Shown: positions 30,871 to 47,200, counted from the first letter of the stretch. The stretch is 64,000 nt of DNA from Eledone cirrhosa (GCA_964016885.1 OZ024743.1:131440001-131504000); one strand, 5' to 3'. Numbers and translations: made by a program. The notes: generated by a model from the letters alone, not told the origin.

Positions 30871-33800
30871 ACCAAACAGCAAACACCAAATAGCAAACAC
30901 CAAACCGCAAACACCAAACACCAAACAGGAAACACCAAACACCAAACAGCGAACACCAAACAGCAAACACCAAACACCAAGCACCAAGCACCAAGCACAA
31001 AACACCAAGCACCAAGCGCCAAACACCAAACACCAAGCACCAAGCACCAAACACCAAGCACCAAACACCAAACACCAATCACCAAGCGCCAAACACCAAA
31101 TACCAAGCACCAAGCACTAAACACCAAACACCAAGCACCAAGCATCAAGCACCAAGCACCAAACACCAAGCACCAAGCACCAAACACCAAGCACCAAGCA
31201 CCAGACACCAAGCACCAAGCACCAAGCACCAATCACCAAACACCAAGCACCAATCACCAAACACCAAGCACCAAGCACCAATCACCAAACACCAAGCACG
31301 AAGCACCAAACACCAAACACCAAGCACCAAGCACCAAACACCAAACACCAAGCACCAAGCACGAAGCACCAAACACCAAGTACCAAGCACCAAGAACCAA
31401 ACACCAAACACCAAACACCAAGCACCAAGCACCAAACACCAAACACCAAGCACCAAGCACCAGACACCAAGCACCAAACACCAAGCACCAATCACCAAAC
31501 ACCAAGCACGAAGCACCAAATACCAAACACCAAGCACCAAGCACCAAACACCAAACACCAAGCACCAAGCACCAAGCACCAAACACCAAGCACCAAGCAC
31601 CAAGCACCAAACACCAAGCACCAAATACCAAGCACCAGACACGAAGCACCAATCACCAAATACCAAACACCAAGCACCAAGCACCAAACACCAAACACCA
31701 AACACCAGGCACCAAGCACCAATCACCAAGCACCAAGCAAAAAACACAAAGCACCAAGCACCAAGCACCAAACACCAAACACCAAACACCAGGCACCAAG
31801 CACCAAGCAGCAAGCACCAAGCACCAAGCACCAAGCACCAAACACCAAACACCAAGCACTAAGCACCAAACACCAAACACCAAGCACAAAGCACCAAAGA
31901 GCAAAAACAAAGCACCAAGCACCAAACACCAAACACCAAACACCAAACACCAAACAGCAAACACCAAACAGCAAACACCAAACAGCAAACAGCAAACACC
32001 AAACACCAAACACCAAGTACCAAGTACCAAGCACCAAACAACAACACCAAGCACCAAGCACCAAACACCAAGCACCAAGCACCAAACACCAAACACCAAG
32101 CTCCAAGCACCAAACACCAAACACCAAGCACCAAGCAGCAAACACCAATCACCAAGCACCAAGCACCAAACACCAAGCACCAAACACCAAGCACCAATCA
32201 CCAAACACCAAACACCAAGAACCAAGCACCAAACACAAAACACCAAGCACCAAGCACCAAACACCAAGCACCAAGCACCAAGCAACAAACACCAAACACC
32301 AAACACCAAGCACCTAGCACCAAACACCAAGCACCAAGCACCAAGCAACAAACACCAAGCACCAAGCACCAAACACCAAGCACCAAGCACAAAACACCAA
32401 GCACCAAGCACCGAGCACCAAACACCAAGTACCAAGCACCAATCACCAAACACCAAGCACCAAGCACCAAACACCAAACACCAAACACCTAGCACCAAGC
32501 ACCAAACACCAAACACCAAGCACCAAGCACCAATCACCAAGCACCAAGCACCAAACCCCAAGCACCAAACACCAAGCACCAATCACCAAACACCAAACAC
32601 CAAGAACCAAGCACCAAACACCAAGCACCAAGCACCAAGCACAAAACACCAAGCACCAAGCGCTAAACATAAAACACTAAGCACCAAGCACCAAGCACCA
32701 AGCACCAAACACCAAACATCAAACACCAATCACCAAACATCAAACAGCAAACACCAAACACCAAACACCAAACATCAAACACCAAATAGCAAACACCAAA
32801 CCGCAAACACCAAACACCAAACAGGAAACACCAAACACCAAACAGCGAACAGCAAACAGCAAACACCAAACACCAAGCACCAAGCACAAAACACCAAGCA
32901 CCAAGCGCCAAACACCAAACACCAAGCACCAAGCACCAAACACCAAGCACCAAACACCAAGCACCAATCACCAAACACCAAACACCAAGAACCAAACACC
33001 AAACACAAAACACCAAGCACCAAGCACCAAACACCAAGCACCAAGCACCAAGCACCAAACACCAAACACCAAACACCAAGCACCTAGCACCAAACACCAA
33101 GCACCAAGCACCAAGCAACAAACACCAAGCACCAAGCACCAAACACCAAGCACCAAGCACGAAACACCAAGCACCAAGCACCGAGCACCAAACACCAAGT
33201 ACCAAGCACCAATCACCAAACACCAAGCACCAAGCACCAAACACCAAACACCAAACACCTAGCACCAAGCACCAAACACCAAACACCAAGAACCAAGCAC
33301 CAAACACCAAATACCAAGCACCAAGCACTAAACACCAAACACCAAGCACCAAGCACCAAGCATCAAGCACCAAGCACCAAACACCAAGCACCAAGCACCA
33401 AGCACCAAGCACCAAACACCAAACACCAAGCACCAAGCACCAAACACCAAATACCAAGCTCCAAGCACCAAACACCAAATACCAAGCACCAAGCAACAAA
33501 CACCAATCACCAAGCACCAAGCACCAAACCCCAAGCACCAAACACCAAGCACCAATCACCAAACACCAAACACCAAGAACCAAGCACCAAACACCAAGCA
33601 CCAAGCACCAAGCACAAAACACCAAGCACCAAGCGCTAAACATAAAACACTAAGCACCAAGCACCAAGCACCAAGCACCAAACACCAAACATCAAACACC
33701 AATCACCAAACATCAAACAGCAAACACCAAACACCAAACACCAAACATCAAACACCAAACAGCAAACACCAAATAGCAAACACCAAACCGCAAACACCAA

Positions 33801-35400
33801 ACACCAAACAGGAAACACCAAACACCAAACAGCGAACACCAAACAGCAAACACCAAACACCAAGCACCAAGCACCAAGCACAAAACACCAAGCACCAAGC
33901 GCCAAACACCAAACACCAAGCACCAAGCACCAAACACCAAGCACCAAACACCAAACACCAATCACCAAGCACCAAACACCAAATACCAAGCACCAAGCAC
34001 TAAACACCAAACACCAAGCACCAAGCATCAAGCACCAAGCACCAAACACCAAGCACCAAGCACCAAACACCAAGCACCAAGCACCAGACACCAAGCACCA
34101 AGCACCAAGCACCAATCACCAAACACCAAGCACCAAGCACCAGACACCAAGCACCAAGCACCAAGCACCAATCACCAAACACCAAGCACGAAGCACCAAA
34201 CACCAAACACCAAGCACCAAGCACCAAACACCAAACACCAAGCACCAAGCACGAAGCACCAAACACCAAGTACCAAGCACCAAGCACCAAACACCAAACA
34301 CCAAACACCAAGCACCAAGCACCAAACACCAAACACCAAGCACCAAGCACCAGACACCAAGCACCAAACACCAAGCACCAATCACCAAACACCAAGCACG
34401 AAGCACCAAATACCAAACACCAAGCACCAAGCACCAAACACCAAACACCAAGCACCAAGCACCAAGCACCAAACACCAAGCACCAAGCACCAAGCACCAA
34501 ACACCAAGCACCAAATACCAAGCACCAGACACGAAGCACCAATCACCAAATACCAAACACCAAGCACCAAGCACCAAACACCAAACACCAAACACCAGGC
34601 ACCAAGCACCAATCACCAAGCACCAAGCAAAAAACACAAAGCACCAAGCACCAAGCACCAAACACCAAACACCAAACACCAGGCACCAAGCACCAAGCAG
34701 CAAGCACCAAGCACCAAGCACCAAGCACCAAACACCAAACACCAAGCACTAAGCACCAAACACCAAACACCAAGCACAAAGCACCAAAGAGCAAAAACAA
34801 AGCACCAAGCACCAAACACCAAACACCAAACACCAAACACCAAACAGCAAACACCAAACAGCAAACACCAAACAGCAAACAGCAAACACCAAACACCAAA
34901 CACCAAGCACCAAGTACCAAGCACCAAACAACAACACCAAGCACCAAGCACCAAACACCAAGCACCAAGCACCAAACACCAAACACCAAGCTCCAAGCAC
35001 CAAACACCAAACACCAAGCACCAAGCAGCAAACACCAATCACCAAGCACCAAGCACCAAACACCAAGCACCAAACACCAAGCACCAATCACCAAACACCA
35101 AACACCAAGAACCAAGCACCAAACACAAAACACCAAGCACCAAGCACCAAACACCAAGCACCAAGCACCAAGCACCAAACACCAAACACCAAACACCAAG
35201 CACCTAGCACCAAACACCAAGCACCAAGCACCAAGCAACAAACACCAAGCACCAAGCACCAAACACCAAGCACCAAGCACAAAACACCAAGCACCAAGCA
35301 CCGAGCACCAAACACCAAGTACCAAGCACCAATCACCAAACACCAAGCACCAAGCACCAAACACCAAACACCAAACACCTAGCACCAAGCACCAAACACC
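29600..35400 (+). repeat. Tandem higher-order duplication, two copies of about 2.9 kb
   Basis: 29814/32740 (offset 2926), 30753/33636 (2883) and 31723/34613 (2890) give near-identical translated repeats. Confidence 0.88.
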
Positions 35401-37950
35401 AAACACCAAGAACCAAGCACCAAACACCAAATACCAAGCACCAAGCACTAAACACCAAACACCAAGCAGCAAGCACCAAGCATCAAGCACCAAGCACCAA
35501 ACACCAAGCACCAAGCACCAAGCACCAAGCACCAAACACAAAACACCAAGTACCAAGCACCAAGCACCAAACACCAAACACCAAACACCAAGCACCAAGC
35601 ACCAAACACCAAATACCAAGCTCCAAGCACCAAACACCAAATACCAAGCACCAAGCAACAAACACCAATCACCAAGCACCAAGCACCAAACCCCAAGCAC
35701 CAAACACCAAGCACCAATCACCAAACACCAAACACCAAGAACCAAGCACCAAACACCAAGCACCAAGCACCAAGCACAAAACACCAAGCACCAAGCGCTA
35801 AACATAAAACACTAAGCAACAAGCACCAAGCACCAAGCACCAAACACCAAACATCAAACACCAATCACCAAACATCAAACAGCAGACACCAAACACCAAA
35901 CACCAAACATCAAACAGCAAACAGCAAACAACAAACAACAAATGCCAAACATCAAACGCCAAACACCAAACACCAAATAGCAAACACCAAACCGCAAACA
36001 CCAAACACCAAACAGGAAACACCAAACACCAAACAGCGAACACCAAACAGCAAACACCAAACACCAAGCACCAAGCACCAAGCACAAAACACCAAGCACC
36101 AAGCGCCAAACACCAAACACCAAGCACCAAGCACCAAACACCAAGCACCAAACACCAAACACCAATCACCAAGCGCCAAACACCAAATACCAAGCACCAA
36201 GCACTAAACACCAAACACCAAGCAACAGGCACCAAGCATCAAGCACCAAGCACCAAACACCAAGCACCAAGCACCAAGCACCAAGCACCAAACACCAAAC
36301 ACCAAACACCAGGCACCAAGCACCAACCACCAAACACCAAGCACCAAGCACCAGACACCAAGCACCAAGCACCAAGCACCAATCACCAAACACCAAGCAC
36401 GAAGCACCAAACACCAAACACCAAGCACCAAGCACCAAACACCAAACACCAAGCACCAATCACCAAACACCAAATACCAAGCACCAAGCACCAAGCACCA
36501 AGCACCAAACACCAAGCACCAAGCACCAATCACCAAACACCAAACACCAAGAACCAAGCACCAAACACAAAACACCAAGCACCAAGCACCAAACACCAAG
36601 CACCAAGCACCAAGCACAAAACACCAAACACCAAACACCAAGCACCTAGCACCAAACACCAAGCACCAAGCACCAAGCAACAAACACCAAGCACCAAGCA
36701 CCAAACACCAAGCACCAAGCACAAAACACCAAGCACCAAGCACCGAGCACCAAACACCAAGTACCAAGCACCAATCACCAAACACCAAGCACCAAGCACC
36801 AAGCACCAAACACCAAACACCTAGTACCAAGCACCAAACACCAAACACCAAGAACCAAGCACCAAACACCAAATACCAAGCACCAAGCACTAAACACCAA
36901 ACACCAAGCAGCAAGCACCAAGCATCAAGCACCAAGCACCAAACACCAAGCACCAAGCACCAAGCACCAAGCACCAAACACAAAACACCAAGTACCAAGC
37001 ACCAAGCACCAAACACCAAACACCAAACACCAAGCACCAAGCACCAAACACCAAATACCAAGCTCCAAGCACCAAACACCAAATACCAAGCACCAAGCAA
37101 CAAACACCAATCACCAAGCACCAAGCACCAAACCCCAAGCACCAAACACAAAGCACCAATCACCAAACACCAAACACCAAGAACCAAGCACCAAACACCA
37201 AGCACCAAGCACCAAGCACAAAACACCAAGCACCAAGCGCTAAACATAAAACACTAAGCAACAAGCACCAAGCACCAAGCACCAAACACCAAACATCAAA
37301 CACCAATCACCAAACATCAAACAGCAGACACCAAACACCAAACACCAAACATCAAACAGCAAACAGCAAACAACAAACAACAAATGCCAAACATCAAACG
37401 CCAAACACCAAACACCAAATAGCAAACACCAAACCGCAAACACCAAACACCAAACAGGAAACACCAAACACCAAACAGCGAACACCAAACAGCAAACACC
37501 AAACACCAAGCACCAAGCACCAAGCACAAAACACCAAGCACCAAGCGCCAAACACCAAACACCAAGCACCAAGCACCAAACACCAAGCACCAAACACCAA
37601 ACACCAATCACCAAGCGCCAAACACCAAATACCAAGCACCAAGCACTAAACACCAAACACCAAGCAACAGGCACCAAGCATCAAGCACCAAGCACCAAAC
37701 ACCAAGCACCAAGCACCAAGCACCAAGCACCAAACACAAAACACCAAGTACCAAGCACCAAGCACCAAACACCAAACACCAAACACCAAGCACCAAGCAC
37801 CAACCACCAAACACCAAGCACCAAGCACCAGACACCAAGCACCAAGCACCAAGCACCAATCACCAAACACCAAGCACGAAGCACCAAACACCAAACACCA
37901 AGCACCAAGCACCAAACACCAAACACCAAGCACCAAGCACCAAACACCAA
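35090..37950 (+). repeat. Tandem higher-order duplication, 2 x 1442 bp (206 heptamers)
   Basis: 35088/36530, 35448/36890 and 35798/37240 all have offset 1442. Both copies share the rare units CAGCAGA and CAACAGG. Confidence 0.92.
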
Positions 37951-38249
37951 ATACCAAGCACCAAGCACCAAGCACCAAGCACCAAACACCAAGCACCAAG
38001 CACCAAGCACCAAACACCAAGCACCAAACACCAAGCATCAGACACGAAGCACCAAGCACCAAGCACCAAACACCAAGCACCAAGCACCACACATCAAACA
38101 CCAAGCACCAAGCACCAAACACCAAACACCAAACACCAAACACCAAACACCAAACAGCAAACACCAGACAGCAAACAGCAAACACCAAACACCAAACACC
38201 AAGCACCAAGCACCAAGCACCAAACAACAACACCAAGCACCAAGCACCA

Positions 38250-41200
38250 AACACCAAGCACCAAGCACCAAATACCAAACACCAAGCTCCAAGCACCAAA
38301 CACCCAGCACCAAGCACCAAACACCAATCACCAAGCACCAAGCACGAAACCCCAAGCACCAAACACCAAGCACCAATCACCAAACACCAAACACCAAGAA
38401 CCAAGCACCAAACACAAAACACCAAGCACCAAGCACCAAACACCAAGCACCAAGCACCAAGCACCAAACACCAAGCACCAAGTACCAAGCACCAAACACC
38501 AAACACCAAGCACCAAGCACCAAACACTAAACACCAGGCTCCAAGCACAAAACACCAAGCACCAAGCACCAAGCACCAAGCACCAAACACCAAACACCAA
38601 GCCCAAAGCACCAAAGAGCAGAAACAAAACACCAAGCACCAAACACCAAACACCAAGCACCAAACACCAAACAGCCAACACCAAACAGCAAACACCAAAC
38701 ACCAAATAGCAAAAACCAAAGAGCAAACTCCAAACACCAAACAGCAAACACAAAACACCAAACAGCAAACACCAAACAGCAAACTCCAAACACCAAACAC
38801 CAAGCACCAATCACCAAATACCAAGCACCAAACACCAAGCACCAATCACCAAACACCAAAGACCAAGCACCAAGCACCAAACACCAAAAACCAAGCACCA
38901 AGCACCAAGCACCAAACACCATACGCCAAACACCAAACACCAAGCACCAAGCACCAAACACCATGCACCAAACGCCAAAGACCAAACACCAAGCACCAAG
39001 CACGAAACACCAAGCACCAAGCACCGAGCACCAAACACCATGTACCAAGCACCAATCACCAAACACCAAGCACCAAGCACCAAACACCAAACACCAAACA
39101 CCAAGCACCAAGCACCAAACACCAAACACCAAGAACCAACCACCAAACACCAAATACCAAGCACCAAGCACTAAACACCAAACACCAAGCATCATGCACC
39201 AAGCATCAAGCACCAAGCACCAAACACCAAGCACCAAGCACCAAGCACCAAGCACCAAACACAAAACACCAAGTACCAAGCACCAAGCACCAAACACCAA
39301 ACACCAAACACCAAGCACCAAGCACCAAACACCAAACACCAAGCACCAAGCACCAGACACCAAGCACCAAGCACCAAAAACCAAAGACCAAGCACAAAGC
39401 ACCAAAGAGCAAACACCAAACAGCAAACACCAAACACCAAACACCAAACAGCAAACACCAAACAGCAAACACCAAACACCAAATAGCAAACACCAAAGGG
39501 CAAACTCCAAACACCAAACAGCAAACACAAAACACCAAACAGCAAACAACAAACAGCAAACACCAAAGAGCAAACAGCAAACACCAAACACCAAACACCA
39601 AGCACCAAGCACCAAGCACCAAACACCAACACCAAGCACCAAGCACCAAACACCAAGCACCAAGCACCAAACACCAAACACCAAGCTCCAAGCACCAAAC
39701 ACCAAACACCAAGCACCAAGCACCAAACACCAATCACCAAGCACCAAGCACCAAACCCCAAGCACCAAACTCCAAGCACAAAACACCAAGCACCAAGCAC
39801 CAAACACCAAACATCAAACACCAATCACCAAACATCAAACAGCAAACACCAAACACCAAACACCAAACATCAAACACCAAACAGCAAACAACAAACAACA
39901 AACGCCAAACATCAAATGCCAAACACCAAACACCAAATAGCAAACACCAAACCGCAAACACCAAACACCAAACACCAAACACCAAACACCAAGCACCTAG
40001 CACCAAACACCAAGCACCAAGCACCAAGCAACAAACACCAAGCACCAAGCACCAAACACCAAGCACCAAGCACGAAACACCAAGCACTAAGCACCGAGCA
40101 CCAAACACCAAGTACCAAGCACCAATCACCAAACACCAAGCACCAAACACCAAACACCAAACACCAAACACCTAGCACCAAGCACCAAACACCAAACACA
40201 AAGAACCAAGCACCAAACACCAAATACCAAGCACCAAGCACTAAACACCAAACACCAAGCACCAAGCACCAAGCATCAAGCACCAAGCACCAAACACCAA
40301 GCACCAAGCACCAAGCACCAAGCACCAAACACAAAACACCAAGTACCAAGCACCAAGCACCAAACACCAAACACCAAACACCAAGCACCAAGCACCAAAC
40401 ACCAAATACCAAGCTCCAAGCACCAAACACCAAATACCAAGCACCAAGCAACAAACACCAATCACCAAGCACCAAGCACCAAACCCCAAGCACCAAACAC
40501 CAAGCACCAATCACCAAACACCAAACACCAAGAACCAAGCACCAAACACCAAGCACCAAGCACCAAGCACAAAACACCAAGCACCAAGCGCTAAACATAA
40601 AACACTAAGCACCAAGCACCAAGCACCAAGCACCAAACACCAAACATCAAACACCAATCACCAAACATCAAACAGCAAACACCAAACACCAAACACCAAA
40701 CATCAAACACCAAACAGCAAACAACAAACAACAAACAGCAAACACCAAACACCAAGCACCAAGCACCAAGCACAAAACACCAAGCACCAAACACCAAACA
40801 TCAAACACCAAACACCAAATAGCAAACACCAAACCGCAAACACCAAACACCAAACAGGAAACACCAAACACCAAACAGCGAACACCAAACAGCAAACACC
40901 AAACACCAAGCACCAAGCACCAAGCACAAAACACCAAGCACCAAGCGCCAAACACCAAACACCAAGCACCAAGCACCAAACACCAAGCACCAAACACCAA
41001 ACACCAATCACCAAGCGCCAAACACCAAATACCAAGCACCAAGCACTAAACACCAAACACCAAGCACCAAGCACCAAGCATCAAGCACCAAGCACCAAAC
41101 ACCAAGCACCAAGCACCAAGCACCAAGCACCAAACACAAAACACCAAGTACCAAGCACCAAGCACCAAACACCAAACACCAAACACCAAGCACCAAGCAC

Positions 41201-44200
41201 CAAACACCAAACACCAAGCACCAAGCACCAGACACCAAGCACCAAGCACCAAGCACCAATCACCAAACACCAAGCACGAAGCACCAAACACCAAACACCA
41301 AGCACCAAGCACCAAACACCAAACACCAAGCACCAAGCACCAAGCACCAAACACCAAGTACCAAGCACCAAGCACCAAACACCAAACACCAAACACCAAG
41401 CACCAAGCACCAAACACCAAACACCAAGCACCAAGCACCAGACACCAAGCACCAAACACCAAGCACCAATCACCAAACACCAAGCACGAAGCACCAAATA
41501 CCAAACACCAAGCACCAAGCACCAAACACCAAACACCAAGCACCAAGCACCAAACACCAAATACCAAGCACCAAGCACCAAGCACCAAACACCAAGCACC
41601 AAGCACCAAGCACCAAGAACCAAGCACCAAATACCAAGCACCAGACACGAAGCACCAATCACCAAATACCAAACACCAAGCACCAAGCACCAAACACCAA
41701 ACACCAAACACCAGGCACCAAGCACCAATCACCAAGCACCAAGCAAAAACACAAAGCACCAAGCACCAAGCACCAAACACCAAACACCAAACACCAGGCA
41801 CCAAGCACCAAGCAGCAAGCACCAAGCACCAAGCACCAAGCACCAAACACCAAACACCAAGCACTAAGCACCAAACACCAAACACCAAGCACGAAGCACC
41901 AAAGAGCAAAAACAAAGCACCAAGCACCAAACACCAAACACCAAACACCAAACACCAAACAGCAAACACCAAACAGCAAACACCAAACAGCAAACAGCAA
42001 ACACCAAACACCAAACACCAAGCACCAAGTACCAAGCACCAAACAACAACACCAAGCACCAAGCACCAAACACCAAGCACCAAGCACCAAACACCAAACA
42101 CCAAGCTCCAAGCACCAAACACCAAACACCAAGCAACAAGCAGCAAACACCAAGCACCAATCACCAAACACCAAACACCAAGAACCAAGCACCAAACACA
42201 AAACACCAAGCACCAAGCACCAAACACCAAGCACCAAGCACCAAGCACCAAACACCAAACACCAAACACCAAGCACCTAGCACCAAACACCAAGCACCAA
42301 GCACCAAGCAACAAACACCCAGCACCAAGCACCAAACACCAAGCACCAAGCACAAAACACCAAGCAGCAAGCACCGAGCACCAAACACCAAGTACCAAGC
42401 ACCAATCACCAAACACCAAGCACCAAGCACCAAACACCAAACACCAAACACCTAGCACCAAGCACCAAACACCAAACACCAAGAACCAAGCACCAAACAC
42501 CAAATACCAAGCACCAAGCACTAAACACCAAACACCAAGCAGCAAGCACCAAGCATCAAGCACCAAGCACCAAACACCAAGCACCAAGCACCAAGCACCA
42601 AACACAAAACACCAAGTACCAAGCACCAAGCACCAAACACCAAACACCAAACACCAAGCACCAAGCACCAAACACCAAATACCAAGCTCCAAGCACCAAA
42701 CACCAAATACCAAGCACCAAGCAACAAACACCAATCACCAAGCACCAAGCACCAAACCCCAAGCACCAAACACCAAGCACCAATCACCAAACACCAAACA
42801 CCAAGAACCAAGCACCAAACACCAAGCACCAAGCACCAAGCACAAAACACCAAGCACCAAGCGCTAAACATAAAACACTAAGCACCAAGCACCAAGCACC
42901 AAGCACCAAACACCAAACATCAAACACCAATCACCAAACATCAAACAGCAAACACCAAACACCAAACACCAAACATCAAACACCAAACAGCAAACACCAA
43001 ACATCAAACACCAATCACCAAACATCAAACAGCAAACACCAAACACCAAGCACCAAGCACCAAACACCAAGCACCAAGCACCAAATACCAAACACCAAGC
43101 TCCAAGCACCAAACACCAAGCACCAAGCACCAAACACCAATCACCAAGCACCAAGCACGAAACCCCAAGCACCAAACACCAAGCACCAATCACCAAACAC
43201 CAAACACCAAGAACCAAGCACCAAACACAAAACACCAAGCACCAAGCACCAAACACCAAGCACCAAGCACCAAGCACCAAACACCAAGCACCAAGTACCA
43301 AACACCAAACACCAAGCACCAAGCACGAAACACCAAACACCAAGCACCAAGCACCAAACACTAAACACCAGGCTCCAAGCACAAAACACCAAGCACCAAG
43401 CACCAAGCACCAAACACCAAACACCAAACACCAAGCACCGAGCACCAAACACCAAGCACCAAGCACCAAGCACCAAACACCAAAAACCAAGCACCAAGCA
43501 CCAAACACCAAACACCAAGCCCAAAGCACCAAAGATCAAAAACAAAACACCAAGCACCAAACACCAAACACCAAGCACCAAACACCAAACAGCCAACACC
43601 AAACACCAAATAGCAAAAACCAAAGAGCAAACTCCAAACACCAAACAGCAAACACAAAACACCAAACACCAAACACCAAACAGCAAACTCCAAACACCAA
43701 ACACCAAGCACCAAGCACCAAATACCAAGCACCAAACACCAAGCACCAATCACCAAACACCAAACACCAAGCACCAAGCACCAAACACCAAAAACCAAGC
43801 ACCAAGCACCAAGCACCAAACACCATACGCCAAACACCAAACACCAAGCACCAAGCACCAAACACCAAGCACCAAGCGCCAAAGACCAAACACCAAGCAC
43901 CAAGCACGAAACACCAAGCACCAAGCACCGAGCACCAAACACCATGTACCAAGCACCAATCACCAAACACCAAGCACCAAGCACCAAACACCAAACACCA
44001 AACACCAAGCACCAAGCACCAAACACCAAACACCAAGAACCAAGCACCAAACACCAAATACCAAGCACCAAGCACTAAACACCAAACACCAAGCATCATG
44101 CACCAAGCATCAAGCACCAAGCACCAAACACCAAGCACCAAGCACCAAGCACCAAGCACCAAACACAAAACACCAAGTACCAAGCACCAAGCACCAAACA
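38250..44200 (+). repeat. Dispersed duplication, about 38250-39300 vs 43070-44200 (offset about 4.8-4.9 kb)
   Basis: 38846..39055 vs 43750..43959 (offset 4904). Both copies share CACCATGTACCAAG and CATCATG units. Confidence 0.8.
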
Positions 44201-47200
44201 CCAAACACCAAACATCAAACACCAAACAGCAAACACAAAACACCAAACAGCAAACAACAAACAGCAAACACCAAAGAGCAAACAGCAAACAGCAAACACC
44301 AAACACCAAGCACCAAGCACCAAGCACCAAACGCCAACACCAAGCACCAAGCACCAAACACCAAGCACCAAGCACCAAACACCAAACACCAAGCTCCAAG
44401 CACCAAACACCAAACACCAAGCTCCAAGCACCAAACACCAAACACCAAGCACCAAGCACCAAACACCAATCACCAAGCACCAAGCACCAAACCCCAAGCA
44501 CCAAACACCAAGCACAAAACACCAAGCACCAAGCACCAAACACCAAACATCAAACACCAATCACCAAACATCAAACAGCAAACACCAAACACCAAACACC
44601 AAACATCAAACACCAAACAGCAAACAACAAACAACAAACGCCAAACATCAAACGCCAAACACAAAACACCAAATAGCAAACACCAAACCGCAAACACCAA
44701 ACACCAAACAGCAAACACCAAACAGCAAACAGCAAGCAACAAACACCAAACACCAAACACCAAGCACCAAACTCCAAACACCAAGCACCAAGCACCAAGC
44801 ACAAAACACCAAGCACCAAGCGCTAAACATAAAACACTAAGCACCAAGCACCAAGCACCAAGCACCAAACACCAAACATCAAACACCAATCACCAAACAT
44901 CAAACAGCAAACACCAAACACCAAACACCAAACATCAAACACCAAATAGCAAACAACAAACAACAAACGCCAAACATCAAACGCCAAACACCAAACACCA
45001 AATAGCAAACACCAAACCGCAAACACCAAACACCAAACAGCAAACACCAAACACCAAACAGCGAACACCAAACAGCAAACACCAAACAGCAAACACCAAA
45101 CACCAAACACCAAACACCAAGCACCAAGCACCAAGCACAAAACACCAAGCACCAAGCACCAAACACCAAGCACCAAACACCAAACACCAAGCACCAAGCG
45201 CCAAACACCAAGCACCGAGCACCAAGCACGAAACACCAAGCACCAATCACCAAACACCAAACACCAAGCACCAAACACCAAACAGCAAACACCAATCACC
45301 AAACACCAAACACCAAACACCAAACACCAATCACCAAACACCAAACACCAAACACCAAACACCAAACACCAAACACCAAACAGTAAACACCAAACACCAA
45401 ACAGCAAACACCAAACACCAAACACCAAACAGCAAACACCAAACACAAAACACCAAACAACAAACACCAAACAGCAAACACCAAACAAACAGCAAACAGC
45501 AAACACCAAGCATCAACCAACAAACACCAAACAACAAACGCCAAACAGCAAACGCCAACCACCAGATGCCAAACAGCAAACGCCAAACACCAAACGCCAA
45601 ACAGCAAACACCAAACACCAAACAGCAAACACCAAACACCAAACACCAAATAGCAAACACCAAACAGCAAACACCAAACAGCAAACACCAAACAGCAAAC
45701 ACCAAACAGCAAACAGCAAACACCAAGCACCAAGCACCAAACACCAAGCACCAAGCAACAAGCACCAATCACCAAGCACCAAGCACTAAACGCCAAGCAC
45801 CAAGCACCAAACACCAAGCACCAAGCACCAAGCACCAAACACCAAGCACCAAAGACCAAGCACCAAATACCAAGCACCAAGCACCAAACACCAATCACCA
45901 AGCACCAAGCACCAAACACCAAGAACCAAGCACCAATCACTAAACACCAAACACCAAGCACCAAGCACCAAACACCAAACACCAAGCACCAAGTAGTAAA
46001 CTCCAAACACCAAACACCAAGCACCAAGCACCAAATCCCAAGCACCAAACACCAAGCACCACACATCAAACACCAAGCACCAAGCACCAATCGCCAAGCA
46101 CCAAGCACCAAGTAACAAACACAAAGCACCAAGCACCAAGCACCAAGCACGCAACACCAAACACCAATCACCAAGCACCAAAGAGCAAACACGAAGCCCC
46201 AAGCACCAAACACCCAACACCAAACACCAAACATCAAACACCAATCACGAACCACCAAACAGCAAACATCAAACACCAAACACCAAACACCAAGCACCAA
46301 ACACCAAACACCAAACACCAAGCACCAAGCACCAAACACCAAACACCAAGCACCAAGCACTAAACACCAAACACCAAGCACCAAGCACCAAGCACCAAAC
46401 ACCAAGCACCAAGCACCAAACACCAAGCCCCAAGCACCAAACACCAAACACCAAGCACCAAACACCAAGCACCAAACAGCAAGCACCAAGCACCAAGCAC
46501 CAGACACCAAGCACCGAGCACCAAACACCAAACACCAAGCACCAAGCACTAAACACCAAACACCAAGCACCAAGCACCAAGCACCAAGCACCAAACACCA
46601 AGCACCAAGCACCAAGCACCAAGCACCAAGCACCAAACACCAAGCACCAAGCACCAAGCACCAAACACCAAGCACCAAACACCAAACACCAAGCACCAAG
46701 CACCAAACACCAAATACCAAGCACCAAACACCAAGCACCAAACCCCAAGCACCAAACACCAAGCACCAAGCACCAAACACCAAGCACCAAGCACCAAGCA
46801 CCATGCACCAAACACCAAGCACCAAGCACCAAACAGCAAACACCAAACAGCAAACACCAAACACCAAACACCAAACAGCAAACACCAAACAGCAAACACC
46901 AAACAGCAAACACCAAACACCAAACACCAAATAGCAAACGCCAAGAAGCAAACGCCAAACCCCAAACGCCAAACAGCAAATGCCAAACCCCAAACGCCAG
47001 ACAGCAAGCGCCAAACGCCAAAAACCAAGCGCCAAGCACCAAACACCAAACACCAAGCACCAAGCACCAAGCACCAAACACCAAACACCAAGCACCAAGT
47101 ACCAAACACCAAACACTAAGCACCAAACACCAAACAGCAAATGCCAAAAAGCAAACGCCAAAGCCCATACGCCAAACAGCAAATGCCAAACCCCAAACGC

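Larger units (their letters stand above)
19500..45300 (+). repeat. Satellite domain B (GCGCTAAACATAAAACACTAAG / CACCGAG / CCGCAAA-CAGGAAA-CAGCGAA marker subfamily)
   Basis: The marker GCGCTAAACATAAAACACTAAG first appears at 20665 and occurs 12 times up to about 44840. CACCGAG first appears near 20470. I did not see either marker in domain A. Confidence 0.75.
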
